Below are positions 54,744 to 64,000 of a DNA stretch of 64,000 nucleotides, piece after piece (position 1 is the first letter of the stretch; each line of letters opens with the position of its first letter). The position numbers were made by a program, and so were the translations under genes. The stretch covers positions 20,542 to 84,541 of the forward strand of contig PLYR01000119.1 in NCBI GenBank assembly GCA_003153435.1. Reading direction: 5' to 3'. Under the pieces are notes generated by a model, which was not told the origin of the DNA, did not search any database, and was given only the letters and a program-made list of their open reading frames with translations. The DNA comes from Bacteroidota bacterium. Its GTDB lineage: Bacteria > Bacteroidota > Bacteroidia > Palsa-965.

Positions 54744-57259
54744 AATTTCAGAGCCAGCTTTATACTCAGAACCCGACCAGTTAAGTAATTCGGGACTGCA
54801 TACTGCCTGTTAGTCACATCTTTAATCCAGAGATAGGAAATTGTATTTTCTGTGTCCAAGAGATTTAATACATCAAGTCCCACCAGAGCAGATTTGATAT
54901 AGTGTAAAGGATTACTGACCCGTAATGGCTTGGATTCTTTTATTAGCTGGTAGGAGAAGCCGATATCAACCCTCCTGTAAGGTGGCATCCTCAAGGTGTC
55001 CGCATATTTGGCGGCATCAGGAGGACCATAAGGGAGGGAGGTGCCGAAGAGCAGGCTCAAGTGCACTTTTGCATCCGGGAAACGTGGGATCTCATCCTGA
55101 AAAAACAAACTAAAAGTCATGATCTGATCTGTCGGCAGGGGTATATACCCAGGAGTATGCTTTACACTATCCACCGCTTTATTGTTAAAAGTATAACCAG
55201 GAATGATCTTCTGGCCATCGCTATTGTAATATGTAAAATAGTCGATGCCTGAGATTTTTTCTCTGGCTTGGAGGAATCCTATATTCAACCATGATTCTGT
55301 TCCTTTTATGAATTCCCCGTTCAGCTTAAAATCAAGTCCTGTAGCATATCCTTTTCCATTGTTATTAGCCAGATATTGAATGTGAACATCATCGATATTG
55401 TATGGGTTCAGACTGTTGAGATCTTTGTAATAAGCTTCAATTGCTGCCTTGAAAGGCCGGTTCCACATTTTAAACTGCTGGTCATAGCTGAGTACATAAT
55501 GTATACTCTGTTGCGCCTTTACATCAGTATGCATCGTGCCACCCAGATCTATCAACTCACGAAAGAAAGGAGGTTGGTAGTAATACCCTGCGGAGGCCCT
55601 GAATATTATATCTTTTTTCCAATGAGGCTTCCATGCAAGAGTCCCGCGTGGACTAAAAACCGTTTGCCCATCCCCCGACCAGTAATTTGCCCGAACTCCG
55701 ATCGTCGCTGAAATTAATGAGGAATCACTTAGTCGGACATGTGAGGTGTTCTGAAGGTATCCGGAAACACGATTGGAGGTCAAGCTATTCTTTGACTTGA
55801 CAGTATCCAGGAGCTGGTAGGAGGTGGTGGGGTTATAAGGAAGGGTATAACCGGCCGAATCGATCATTTTCCATTCGCTGATGTTATCGGTTACTATTTC
55901 CACCTGGTATTTAGCTCCCCAGCTCAGGTTAATGAGATGATTTTTAGAGAGCCAGCCTTTGTGTTCAATATTTCCTACCGTTGCGTTCAGATAGTCCCTG
56001 GTGTGGTTCAGAAAGGTTCCAACTCCCCGGTTAGCTATTGCCTGACCAAAATTTGCCTTTCCAAAATCAGTCTGGAGATCGCTTATATAATATTGTCCTT
56101 GTATATCCTGAGTCTCGCTTTCATTCGAACGGAAAACAGAAGCAATGAATTTGAGTTTGAGTTTCTCTTCATTGTCCACGATTCTTCTTTTTGTAAGCGT
56201 CAATGCTCCAAAATCAGTCTGATAGGTGCTTATATCCTGTCCATCAAAAAATACATTGAGTTGTTTGGCCTGATTAAGTGTTCCGAATTCTGTTTGTCGG
56301 TCCTGCGGTACTTCCAGAAATTGATTCTGAGCAAGATTACCGAGTAGTCCTAACTGCCAGGTTTCATTCAGGTCATAAGTCATAAATAGCTGTGCATCGC
56401 CGAATCGGGGTTTGTAATCCCCTTTTGTGTCCAGAGATTGAAGCAGGTAAGTGTTCGATTTATAACGGAGTCCGATCATGTAAGTAAACCTCAGGTCCTT
56501 CGAGATCCCTTCTACTTCTGCACTTCCTCCTAATAAGCTTCCTGATACTAAGGCTTGGGTTTCATGTGGACGACGATATTGTACGTCAAGCACGGAAGAC
56601 ATCTTATCGCCATACTTCGCTTCCCAACCTCCTGTTGAGAACAATACCGAGGATACCATATCGGGATTTACAAAACTTAAGCCCTCGCTCTGCCCGGAAC
56701 GGGAAAGAAAGGGACGGTATACTTCAATATCATTAACATAAACGAGGTTTTCGTCAAAACTACCTCCACGTACAGAATACTGAGAGCTGAGTTCATTATT
56801 GCTTACCGCTCCGGCAAATTTGAGTGTGGCATTGAAGTCGCCACTAGCACTTGGAAGATTGGAAAAAATCAGAGGGGAGATATGCTGCATTTCAAGGCTC
56901 CGGTCAGCCTGGTGAATGATTTCGACAGAGACCTTGTGGAGTTCCAAAGGAACATTTATTTCTCTTCTCTCCCCGGGTTTCAGGTGGACAAGGATTTCTT
57001 TTTTTAGGAATCCTTTGACCAGATTAGAAAATATAAGGGTAACATCTTTTTCGGCAGGGATGGTAATTTCGAATTTTCCATCCTTATCACTGAGGATGGG
57101 TTCATGCGTGGACCCTATAAAAGTAATCATTGCGCCTTCCTGCAAGACTCCGTTCGCATCCGTAACCTGCCCGAATACGTGAGCAATGTTCTGTGTCTTT
57201 CCGGAGAAAGAATAAAGAAGCAAGGAGAAAAGCAGTATGAAAGACCGTTTAAGAATCAT
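54740..57259 (-). CDS. TonB-dependent-receptor-like outer membrane protein with N-terminal carboxypeptidase-regulatory-like domain
   Basis: GQVTDANG...SDKDGKFEI, plug NNELSSQYSVRGGSFDENLVYVNDIE, FSTGGWEAKYGDK, terminal LKF. Confidence 0.85.
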   Translation of the reverse strand: MILKRSFILLFSLLLYSFSGKTQNIAHVFGQVTDANGVLQEGAMITFIGSTHEPILSDKDGKFEITIPAEKDVTLIFSNLVKGFLKKEILVHLKPGERREINVPLELHKVSVEIIHQADRSLEMQHISPLIFSNLPSASGDFNATLKFAGAVSNNELSSQYSVRGGSFDENLVYVNDIEVYRPFLSRSGQSEGLSFVNPDMVSSVLFSTGGWEAKYGDKMSSVLDVQYRRPHETQALVSGSLLGGSAEVEGISKDLRFTYMIGLRYKSNTYLLQSLDTKGDYKPRFGDAQLFMTYDLNETWQLGLLGNLAQNQFLEVPQDRQTEFGTLNQAKQLNVFFDGQDISTYQTDFGALTLTKRRIVDNEEKLKLKFIASVFRSNESETQDIQGQYYISDLQTDFGKANFGQAIANRGVGTFLNHTRDYLNATVGNIEHKGWLSKNHLINLSWGAKYQVEIVTDNISEWKMIDSAGYTLPYNPTTSYQLLDTVKSKNSLTSNRVSGYLQNTSHVRLSDSSLISATIGVRANYWSGDGQTVFSPRGTLAWKPHWKKDIIFRASAGYYYQPPFFRELIDLGGTMHTDVKAQQSIHYVLSYDQQFKMWNRPFKAAIEAYYKDLNSLNPYNIDDVHIQYLANNNGKGYATGLDFKLNGEFIKGTESWLNIGFLQAREKISGIDYFTYYNSDGQKIIPGYTFNNKAVDSVKHTPGYIPLPTDQIMTFSLFFQDEIPRFPDAKVHLSLLFGTSLPYGPPDAAKYADTLRMPPYRRVDIGFSYQLIKESKPLRVSNPLHYIKSALVGLDVLNLLDTENTISYLWIKDVTNRQYAVPNYLTGRVLSIKLALKF

Positions 57260-57290
57260 GGAGGAAACAATCAGAAGGGTCTCTTCATTT

Positions 57291-58022
57291 TTATTGTTTA
57301 TCTAAACCAGGATCCGTGGTAGCCGGAGTCGATGGTTTGTTTTTAAAATCACCCCGTTTCCAGGCTTCTACAAATTTGTACCAGGCAATTGGATTAAGCA
57401 GATTATTCGGAGGAAGTTGGCCTGCATAATATAAGCGGCTATACTGTTGTTGCAAGGATGTTTTGTAGTTCATATATCCGTCATTCGGCATTGCAGCCGC
57501 TCGTGCTGCCATCTGGGAGGCATCGAGGTTGCGTCTGGCCCGGTCCAGATCATTATCTGGCACAGGGGTTTCGACAAAAGCCTTTTTGAACTGCTCCTTG
57601 CTGGGCCAGGGGTAGATAGTTACTACTCCAAGCATCAAGGTGTCTTTTCTCATCATTTGGATGAGAGAATATTTTGTAGAATGAAGTGTATCTGGGATGG
57701 TGAATGTGTGTGTTTTGTACCCCAAGGCAGTAAACTCGATAGTGTCTCCAATTTGTGCAACAAAAGAAAAATAGCCAAAGAAATCACTCATCGTACCATG
57801 ATAGGTGTTCTTCGCAAAAATGCTTGTATTGGAAATAGGTCTCAGACTGTCATTTTCAACAACCACTCCCGAAAATTGTATTAGGGGACGATCGATGTTT
57901 TTTGATTTCTCAGTCTGTTTAGCCTTGGTATTGCTTTGGGATTTAGTCTGGGTTTGTGCAGAGGCTTTCAAACCAATAATCAAGGTTAGGGCAACTAAAA
58001 GGGTGTACTTTCTAAAAGTCAT
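57291..58022 (-). CDS. Carboxypeptidase-like regulatory domain protein
   Basis: Signal peptide; QFSGVVV...GTMSDFFGYFSF...DTIEFTALGY; C-terminal NLLNPIAW. TATCTTTG box at 58039-58046 upstream. Confidence 0.75.
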   Translation of the reverse strand: MTFRKYTLLVALTLIIGLKASAQTQTKSQSNTKAKQTEKSKNIDRPLIQFSGVVVENDSLRPISNTSIFAKNTYHGTMSDFFGYFSFVAQIGDTIEFTALGYKTHTFTIPDTLHSTKYSLIQMMRKDTLMLGVVTIYPWPSKEQFKKAFVETPVPDNDLDRARRNLDASQMAARAAAMPNDGYMNYKTSLQQQYSRLYYAGQLPPNNLLNPIAWYKFVEAWKRGDFKNKPSTPATTDPGLDKQ

Positions 58023-58209
58023 GTATGCATGGTTTTGTCAAAGATACGAAAATCCATTTTCGGGGTTAGACGATTCCTGACAAGGCTGGCTTTAAAACTG
58101 CCAAATGGCCAGATTATTGTGCTGCAGCTGTTTTTTTTCTCACTTTTTTTTGAAAGATGGTCTAAACCTTAGTCCCAATACCGCGTCATAAGCTTAAATC
58201 GCTTTTGTT

Positions 58210-59631
58210 ATGGGTTCTATATCGAATCAAAGGAAAATCCAGCACCTCTTCTCAAGGGCTGCTTTTGGCATATCACCTCAAGAACTTGAAAAACGAAAGA
58301 AGCAATCTCCAGTTGAGGCAGTGGAGGAACTTTTCAGGGAGTCAGAACGCTTTACAGACTTACAGGCTGTTTCGTTGGAGCAGATGGAAGCCATGAGCCC
58401 TCACGACAAGAAAAATCTGAATGAAGAAGAAAGAAAGAAATCTCGTGAATTACGCAGGAAATCGATTCAAGACCTGAATCTTACTTGGCTTGAAAAACTT
58501 TGGAAGGACCCTGCCCGTTTACGGGAAAGGATGACCTTTTTCTGGCATGGACATTTTGCCTGTCGCCTCGAAGCCCCCTTAGCGCTGCAGGACTTGAATA
58601 ATATTCACCGTAGGGATGCCCTTGGAAGTTTTCGGGAAATGCTGATGGATGTATCAAAGTCTGCAGCAATGCTTCAGTTTTTGAATAATCAGCAGAATAA
58701 AAAAATGCACCCGAATGAAAACTTCGCCCGGGAAGTTATGGAACTTTTTACTCTTGGCAGAGGCAATTATACTGAACAAGACATAAAAGAAGGAGCTAGG
58801 GCCTTTACAGGATGGAGTTTTGAAATGTCTTCCGGACAATTTGTCTTCAAAACAAACCAGCATGATGATGCAGAGAAAAGCTTCCTTGGGAAAACTGGAA
58901 ATTTCAAAGGAGAAGACATCCTTGAAATTCTCCTTGAGCAAAAAGAAACAGCCCTTTATGTCAGCCGTAAATTATATAGGTTCTTTGTGAATGACAGAGA
59001 AGATCAGGGACAGATAAAAGAGCTTGCCGATGTCTTTTACAATTCAGGCTATAGGATTGATACGGTGATGAAGCATATGTTTTCTTCTGACTGGTTCTAC
59101 AGTCAGGAAAATATTGGTGCAAAGATCAAATCTCCAGTTGATCTCCTTGTGGGTTTGAACCGTTTGATTCCTATCACCTATGATAATAAAGACGGACTAT
59201 TGCTTTTTCAGCGCTCATTGGGACAGGCCTTGTTTTATCCTCCCAACGTTAGTGGCTGGGCTGGAGGCAAAAGCTGGATTGATAGCTCTTCCCTCATGTT
59301 TCGGCTTAAAACTCCTTCACTTTTAGTGAATGAGGGACATATAGATATCATACCTAAAGATGATCTTCTGGATGGAAAACCAGCGACAATGAATGACTCT
59401 ATGAAAAAGGAAGAGCTGGCAGGGAAAAAGAAAAAATTCAATCCTAAAGCCGACTGGAAAGAGTTTCTTGCTGGCTTTGCGGAAGGCGCTTCGAAGGAGG
59501 AAATAATAGAGATGATGTTGGTTGCTAAGCCTTCAGCAGCATTATTAAAGTCCCTGGTAGAATTCAAACAAGATAATCATCGTGAGTTTATTATGGAGCT
59601 CTTATCAACTCCTGAATATCAAATGGCTTAA
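58210..59631 (+). CDS. DUF1800 protein
   Basis: HLFSRAAFG, LRERMTFFWHGHFA, AMLQFLNN, PNENFAREVMELFTLG, ARAFTGW, LFYPPNVSGW. Confidence 0.93.
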   Translation: MGSISNQRKIQHLFSRAAFGISPQELEKRKKQSPVEAVEELFRESERFTDLQAVSLEQMEAMSPHDKKNLNEEERKKSRELRRKSIQDLNLTWLEKLWKDPARLRERMTFFWHGHFACRLEAPLALQDLNNIHRRDALGSFREMLMDVSKSAAMLQFLNNQQNKKMHPNENFAREVMELFTLGRGNYTEQDIKEGARAFTGWSFEMSSGQFVFKTNQHDDAEKSFLGKTGNFKGEDILEILLEQKETALYVSRKLYRFFVNDREDQGQIKELADVFYNSGYRIDTVMKHMFSSDWFYSQENIGAKIKSPVDLLVGLNRLIPITYDNKDGLLLFQRSLGQALFYPPNVSGWAGGKSWIDSSSLMFRLKTPSLLVNEGHIDIIPKDDLLDGKPATMNDSMKKEELAGKKKKFNPKADWKEFLAGFAEGASKEEIIEMMLVAKPSAALLKSLVEFKQDNHREFIMELLSTPEYQMA

Positions 59632-59640
59632 CTATATCTT

Positions 59641-60840
59641 ATGGACAGGCGTAATTTTATTAAGACTTCCTCCTTGGCTTCGGCAGCCCTTTTTGTCCCT
59701 TCTTTTCTCAAGGCTTTTGAGAAACGCTCTTTCCTGGATAAACAAGGAAACAAGGTACTGGTCATTATCCAGCTCTCTGGAGGTAATGACGGACTAAATG
59801 CGCTTGTGCCTTTTGAAAACGATATCTATTACAATAAACGTAAAACGCTGTCTGTTCCCAAATCGGATATTATTCGGCTGAATGATCATCAGGGTATGAA
59901 CCCTGCTATGAAGGCCTTACAGGAGGTATACGAACAGGGTTGGATGGGAGTGATTAATAGTGTAGGCTATCCAAATCCCGATCGTTCTCATTTCCGATCC
60001 ATGGATATTTGGCAAAGTGCGAGCCGCTCTGATGAGTTCCTTAATACTGGATGGGTAGGTCGTTATTTGGATTCTTCCTGTCAGGGTTGTGGAAAGCCTT
60101 ATAATGCTATCGAAGTCGATGACACATTATCTCTTGCAATGAAGGGGATGACTAAAAAAGGAATCGCGGTAAAAGATCCAGTCAAGCTTTACAACGCAAC
60201 CCGGGAGCCTTTTTTCAAAGAGATGACAGACGCATTAAAACCTGAAATGCTCAACGAAGAAAACCTTGGATATTTGTATAAAACGATGATTGAGACCTAT
60301 TCCAGTGCAGATTATATCCATACTACCAACAAAACTGTTGATACAAAAGGCGAATATCCGAATTCTGCATTTGCGAAACAATTGAAAATGATCTCTAAGT
60401 TTATCCAGAACGGCCTTGAAACCAAAGTATATTACGTATCCCTCACTGGCTTCGATACTCATGTAGGACAGAAAGGCACACAAGAAAGGCTTCTTAAAGA
60501 TTGGTCAGAAGGAGTTGTGGCTTTTTTGAAGGATCTGAAAAGCGGTGGGCGGCTAGATGACACTATGGTGATGACTTTCTCCGAATTCGGCAGGAGGGTA
60601 GAACAGAATGCGAGCAATGGAACAGATCATGGTACTGCTAATAATTTGTACTTATTCGGAGGAAAGTTAAAACAAAAAGGAATTCTGAATGAGGCCCCCG
60701 ACCTCTCCGATTTGGATGAGGGGGATCTTAAATACAAAGTTGATTTCCGGAGTGTTTATGCAACACTGCTGAATAAGTGGCTGGAATCAGATGCGAAAGG
60801 AATTATTGGCAGCGAACAACCAGAGATGAATTTCATTTAA
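59641..60840 (+). CDS. DUF1501 protein with Tat signal
   Basis: MDRRNFIK Tat motif, QLSGGNDGLN, PDRSHFRSMDIW, GFDTH, FSEFGRR, GTDHG, DFRSVYAT. Confidence 0.93.
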   Translation: MDRRNFIKTSSLASAALFVPSFLKAFEKRSFLDKQGNKVLVIIQLSGGNDGLNALVPFENDIYYNKRKTLSVPKSDIIRLNDHQGMNPAMKALQEVYEQGWMGVINSVGYPNPDRSHFRSMDIWQSASRSDEFLNTGWVGRYLDSSCQGCGKPYNAIEVDDTLSLAMKGMTKKGIAVKDPVKLYNATREPFFKEMTDALKPEMLNEENLGYLYKTMIETYSSADYIHTTNKTVDTKGEYPNSAFAKQLKMISKFIQNGLETKVYYVSLTGFDTHVGQKGTQERLLKDWSEGVVAFLKDLKSGGRLDDTMVMTFSEFGRRVEQNASNGTDHGTANNLYLFGGKLKQKGILNEAPDLSDLDEGDLKYKVDFRSVYATLLNKWLESDAKGIIGSEQPEMNFI

Positions 60841-60842
60841 AC

Positions 60843-62549
60843 TCAATGCGTAGTTATAGTTAAGTTAAGAAGGGAAATGTTCCCGCATGCGTCCATCGTA
60901 GAAACCATTACAGAATGCTTTCCAGCGACAATATCTGTATCTCCCATTGGGATGAATAGCAGATTTTGTTTAGGTTCAAATTCCATCAGGACCCACTTAT
61001 CATCTATATGTGCAGAGTAGGAGAGGAGTCCGCTTAAATTGTCTGTCACCGTGAACTTGAGATTTGCTCCTTTTGCAAGATTCATTATACCAGCTGTGTT
61101 TTTTCCATAAACGGCTAATGCCGGTGGTGTTTTGTCGGCCATAATATAGTATGTGCCGAATTCATTGGTTGTAGCCGTTATCCACTGGCCCTCCCACTTT
61201 ATTTTTCCAGAAAGGGGATGTTGCCCATTTTTTCCTGATCTCACCAATAGCAATTTTTCTGTAGGCTCTTTAATTCCAGCCTTCATCTTGATACTTAGCT
61301 TGAAACTTTTCTGGAGCGGGACAAATTCATTCATTACTGAATAACCGCCATCAAGCATTGCAGGAGGCAAATCTTTTGTCTTTTGAGTTTCGAATATATA
61401 ATCCTCATAAAGCGCTTTTCCCGGAATATTTACTCTTATATTTTCATTTTCAAAAAATAAGGAATCTTGACATCGGTGCTTGGCAGCAACGGCAATCGGA
61501 ACTTGTAATGGCTTAGTACCTTTGATTACCAATTCGGACCGGGCGGTATTTCCCTTGAAGTCTTTGACTATAAAAACGATCTTATGATGAATTCCATCAT
61601 CAGGAATTCGGATCTTGCCACTATCTGGCAGGAAACTATAAATCGGACAATGATTGTTAGTTAAAAGAAAGCATCGTTGAAAATGCCCTCCCCCTTTTTT
61701 TATTTCCGAAAAATCTTCATGAGCATTTACATATCGGCTATCATCAAAGCTGAAGGACTTCATTTCAAAAAAGAATTCACGCTGGTTATCCCAGAGTATT
61801 TCTACTGAATAGACCATGTTCTCTCCACTCGTGTTTTGTTTATCGAAGGTTTCTATCCCGAACCCTATTGTGCCACCGGCTGATAAGGTTATGGCTTTAG
61901 AGGATGAGATCTTTATTTTGTCATGTTTCCCATTAATCTGCGCATCATTGGAGAGTGGATAAATAATCAGCTCTTTAATTTTAGGCTTAACGGTGTCCGG
62001 CACCTCCAGTCCAAAAAGAAGAGGATTGATAGGAAATTCAGTTTTCGCATCCCTGATTTCAAAATGCACATGAGGGCCTCCGGAATTCCCAGTATTTCCA
62101 GAAAAAGCGACAATCTCTCCTTGTTTAACAATTAATTCATTTTCTTTTGGGAAAAGCTCCACTTCGAAACTCTCATTTTTATACTGTGCATCCTTCACAT
62201 ACTTGGCAATAGCCCCATTAAATCTGCTGAGATGTCCATAAACAGTTACATAACCATTTGGATGGGTGATATAGATAACCTTGCCGTAACCTACCGGGGA
62301 AACTTTGATTCTGGAAACATAACCATCCGCAGAAGCGTGGACTTTCAAACCCTCCTTCCCGGTGCGCAAATCCAGCCCTGCATGAAAATGGTTAGGACGC
62401 ATTTCCCCGAAATTTCCAGCCAATGAAATCGGAATATCCAGTGGACAGCGGAAATAGTTCTGTGGGTAGATTTGAGAAAACAGGGCAAAATTCAGGAGGA
62501 TAGATAAGAAAGTCAGGCAATTCTTCATAAATAATGGTTTGTTGCCCAT
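60843..62549 (-). CDS. M23 family metallopeptidase
   Basis: NFGEMRPNHFHAGLD (HxxxD), YGHL, SGNTG.SGGPHVHFEIR (HxH); start may be 62528. Confidence 0.92.
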   Translation of the reverse strand: MGNKPLFMKNCLTFLSILLNFALFSQIYPQNYFRCPLDIPISLAGNFGEMRPNHFHAGLDLRTGKEGLKVHASADGYVSRIKVSPVGYGKVIYITHPNGYVTVYGHLSRFNGAIAKYVKDAQYKNESFEVELFPKENELIVKQGEIVAFSGNTGNSGGPHVHFEIRDAKTEFPINPLLFGLEVPDTVKPKIKELIIYPLSNDAQINGKHDKIKISSSKAITLSAGGTIGFGIETFDKQNTSGENMVYSVEILWDNQREFFFEMKSFSFDDSRYVNAHEDFSEIKKGGGHFQRCFLLTNNHCPIYSFLPDSGKIRIPDDGIHHKIVFIVKDFKGNTARSELVIKGTKPLQVPIAVAAKHRCQDSLFFENENIRVNIPGKALYEDYIFETQKTKDLPPAMLDGGYSVMNEFVPLQKSFKLSIKMKAGIKEPTEKLLLVRSGKNGQHPLSGKIKWEGQWITATTNEFGTYYIMADKTPPALAVYGKNTAGIMNLAKGANLKFTVTDNLSGLLSYSAHIDDKWVLMEFEPKQNLLFIPMGDTDIVAGKHSVMVSTMDACGNISLLNLTITTH

Positions 62550-62748
62550 TCTTTCTGTCTCAGGGGGCTGTCAAATGTAGGATTTTGACAGACAAGTGAC
62601 ATGTCATTGGCTCATCCGTCATTTCCAGGATATTAACCGAGGCGCAATGAAAGATTGTTATAAAGCCCGGATTGTTAAAATCTTTTCAGGTTTCTCTTTC
62701 CAAATCGCACTTTCCACCTCTATTTTTGCTTCTATCAATTTGGTTAAA

Positions 62749-63054
62749 ATGCAAGAAATGAATGAATTACATGAAATAGTCTCGAACTTAGAGAGTAAAG
62801 CTCAAAAATTAATACATTTGCATACCAAGGCGTGTGAAGACAATAAAAGTCTCAGACAGACCAATACAGGCCTTTTGGAACAAATTCAACAAAAGGAGCT
62901 GGAATTCAAAGAACTGGAAGAAAAATACCAGGCATTAAAATTGGCTAAATCCTTATTGGAAGGCCAGGAATCAGAAAAGACTACAGATATTAAGTTAAAA
63001 ATAAATGAGCTCGTACGGGAAATCGATAAAAGCATAGCTCTCCTGAATAAATAG
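62749..63054 (+). CDS. ZapB-like coiled-coil protein
   Basis: Heptad-rich chain ending KINELVREIDKSIALLNK directly before zapA; TATTTTTG box at 62721-62728 supports this start over the GTG at 62596. Confidence 0.72.
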   Translation: MQEMNELHEIVSNLESKAQKLIHLHTKACEDNKSLRQTNTGLLEQIQQKELEFKELEEKYQALKLAKSLLEGQESEKTTDIKLKINELVREIDKSIALLNK

Positions 63055-63351
63055 ATGATCGACAACAATATTCAAGTCAATATCGGAGGACGGATTTACA
63101 CGCCAACTGTAAAGAAGGACGAGGTAGACCGTGTAGTCAAGGCGGCAGGACTTATCAATGATCGCATGAATGTTTTTGAAAAAACCTATGCAGTAAAAGA
63201 TAAGCAAGATTTGTTGGCTATGTGTTGCCTTCAATTCGCAACCCAATACCTTGAAACCGATAATCTTAACTTGTTGCACGCTGACGGAGTTTCTGAAAAA
63301 ATCACTGCTCTGGAAAAAGTCATTTCGGATCATCTGAATAAGGAAAAGTAA
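63055..63351 (+). CDS. zapA: Cell division protein ZapA
   Basis: IQVNIGGRIY...V.KAAGLINDRM...DKQDLLAMCCLQFA; position between a coiled-coil gene and rny. Confidence 0.88.
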   Translation: MIDNNIQVNIGGRIYTPTVKKDEVDRVVKAAGLINDRMNVFEKTYAVKDKQDLLAMCCLQFATQYLETDNLNLLHADGVSEKITALEKVISDHLNKEK

Positions 63352-63464
63352 GCTTTTTAATTAGGCCCATAGCCTTTTGATATTCCCGTATACTTCCGCC
63401 GGCTCTGAGCTGGAATGGAATCTATACGGGATTTTTAGTTTAACCTTTAATACTCGACCCAATT

Positions 63465-64000
63465 ATGGATAATACGACAATAATTATCATTACAGCAATG
63501 GCCCTGGTAGGTATTGGCATTGGCATTCTGATTGCTTCAACCGTTCTCCGTAAAGCTGTTGAAAAGAAGGCGATGCTGAAACTGCAGGAAGCTGAAGTAA
63601 AAGCGGAAGCCATGAAAAACGAAAAAATGCTCCAGGCGAAGGAGAAATTCCTCCAACTTAAGACTGAACATGAAAAAACAATTTCCGAAAAAAACCAGAT
63701 GATGGTTGCTGCGGAAAACCGGATCAAGCAAAAAGAACAGAGTTTCTCTCAAAAACAAGAGCAGATCACCCGAAAAGATGCAGAGCTTGATGCTGTCCGT
63801 CAAAATATGACGCACCAGCTTGAGCTTTTGGAAAAAAAGAAAGAAGAGCTTGAAAAATCTCACAGGAAGCAGGTCGATCAACTTGAAAAAATATCCGGCC
63901 TCAGTGCTGAAGATGCAAAGGCTCAGTTAGTTGAATCCTTGAAGGCTGAAGCAAAGACAGAAGCGATGGTCCTTATTAAAGATGTGGTTGATGAAGCAAA
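63465..64000 (+). CDS. rny: Ribonuclease Y, N-terminal part (runs off the window edge)
   Basis: Manual translation: N-terminal TM (IIIITAMALVGIGIGILIA), coiled coil KNEKMLQAKEKFLQLKTEHE, LEKISGLSAEDAKAQLVESLKAEAK. Confidence 0.93.
   Translation, partial: MDNTTIIIITAMALVGIGIGILIASTVLRKAVEKKAMLKLQEAEVKAEAMKNEKMLQAKEKFLQLKTEHEKTISEKNQMMVAAENRIKQKEQSFSQKQEQITRKDAELDAVRQNMTHQLELLEKKKEELEKSHRKQVDQLEKISGLSAEDAKAQLVESLKAEAKTEAMVLIKDVVDEA

Noticed and set aside
62569-62592. CTGTCAAA-N8-TTTGACAG inverted repeat overlapping the M23 -7 box (TACATTTG, 62573-62580)
   Set aside because: Single occurrence, partly explained by the promoter sequence itself; too weak to call an operator.
62596-62748. N-terminal extension of the ZapB-like ORF from the GTG at 62596
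   Set aside because: A -7 box at 62721-62728 lies inside it and the extension is not coiled-coil-like; the ATG at 62749 is preferred.
502-63881. The many 60-175-aa ORFs nested in or antisense to long genes (for example 5159-5737, 6137-6607, 14676-15203, 42991-43482, 63440-63881)
   Set aside because: They fully overlap well-supported genes and lack motifs; treated as shadow ORFs.
1-64000. Mobile elements, prophage, reverse transcriptase/DGR/retron, defence systems, tRNA/rRNA
   Set aside because: No transposase, integrase, RT, cas, restriction-modification or phage structural motifs, and no tRNA cloverleaf or rRNA signature, were recognised by eye.

Overview
A gene-dense chromosomal window from a Bacteroidota bacterium. 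Evidence: TAnnTTTG -7 promoter boxes, nine T9SS C-terminal-domain cargo proteins, and the zapB-like/zapA/rny block. I found no transposase, integrase, phage gene, tRNA, rRNA or CRISPR array. The left half is mostly secreted or surface proteins (BNR/VPS10 propellers, PKD/SprB adhesins, a papain-like protein, a PHB-depolymerase-type esterase, a carboxylesterase) plus a TIMP-like membrane protein and a propeller-SpoIIE sensor. The best candidate for an undescribed system is a tightly packed nine-gene minus-strand unit (39779-48876). In it a desaturase / DUF1295 / two SAM methylases / FAD oxidoreductase / DUF1365 lipid-modification set (furan-fatty-acid-like gene content) encloses a YHYH-T9SS + MbnP + MbnH metal/peroxide module. 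Unexplained non-coding structure includes an 11-unit 21-bp array (17456-17696) whose recurrent variation is codon-phased and preserves a GTG-Leu-Phe-stop minigene in every unit, a nested palindrome (18515-18551), a three-hairpin element with twin identical loops (25603-25674), and a long hairpin between zapA and rny. All family assignments come from motif recognition by eye; no database searches were run.
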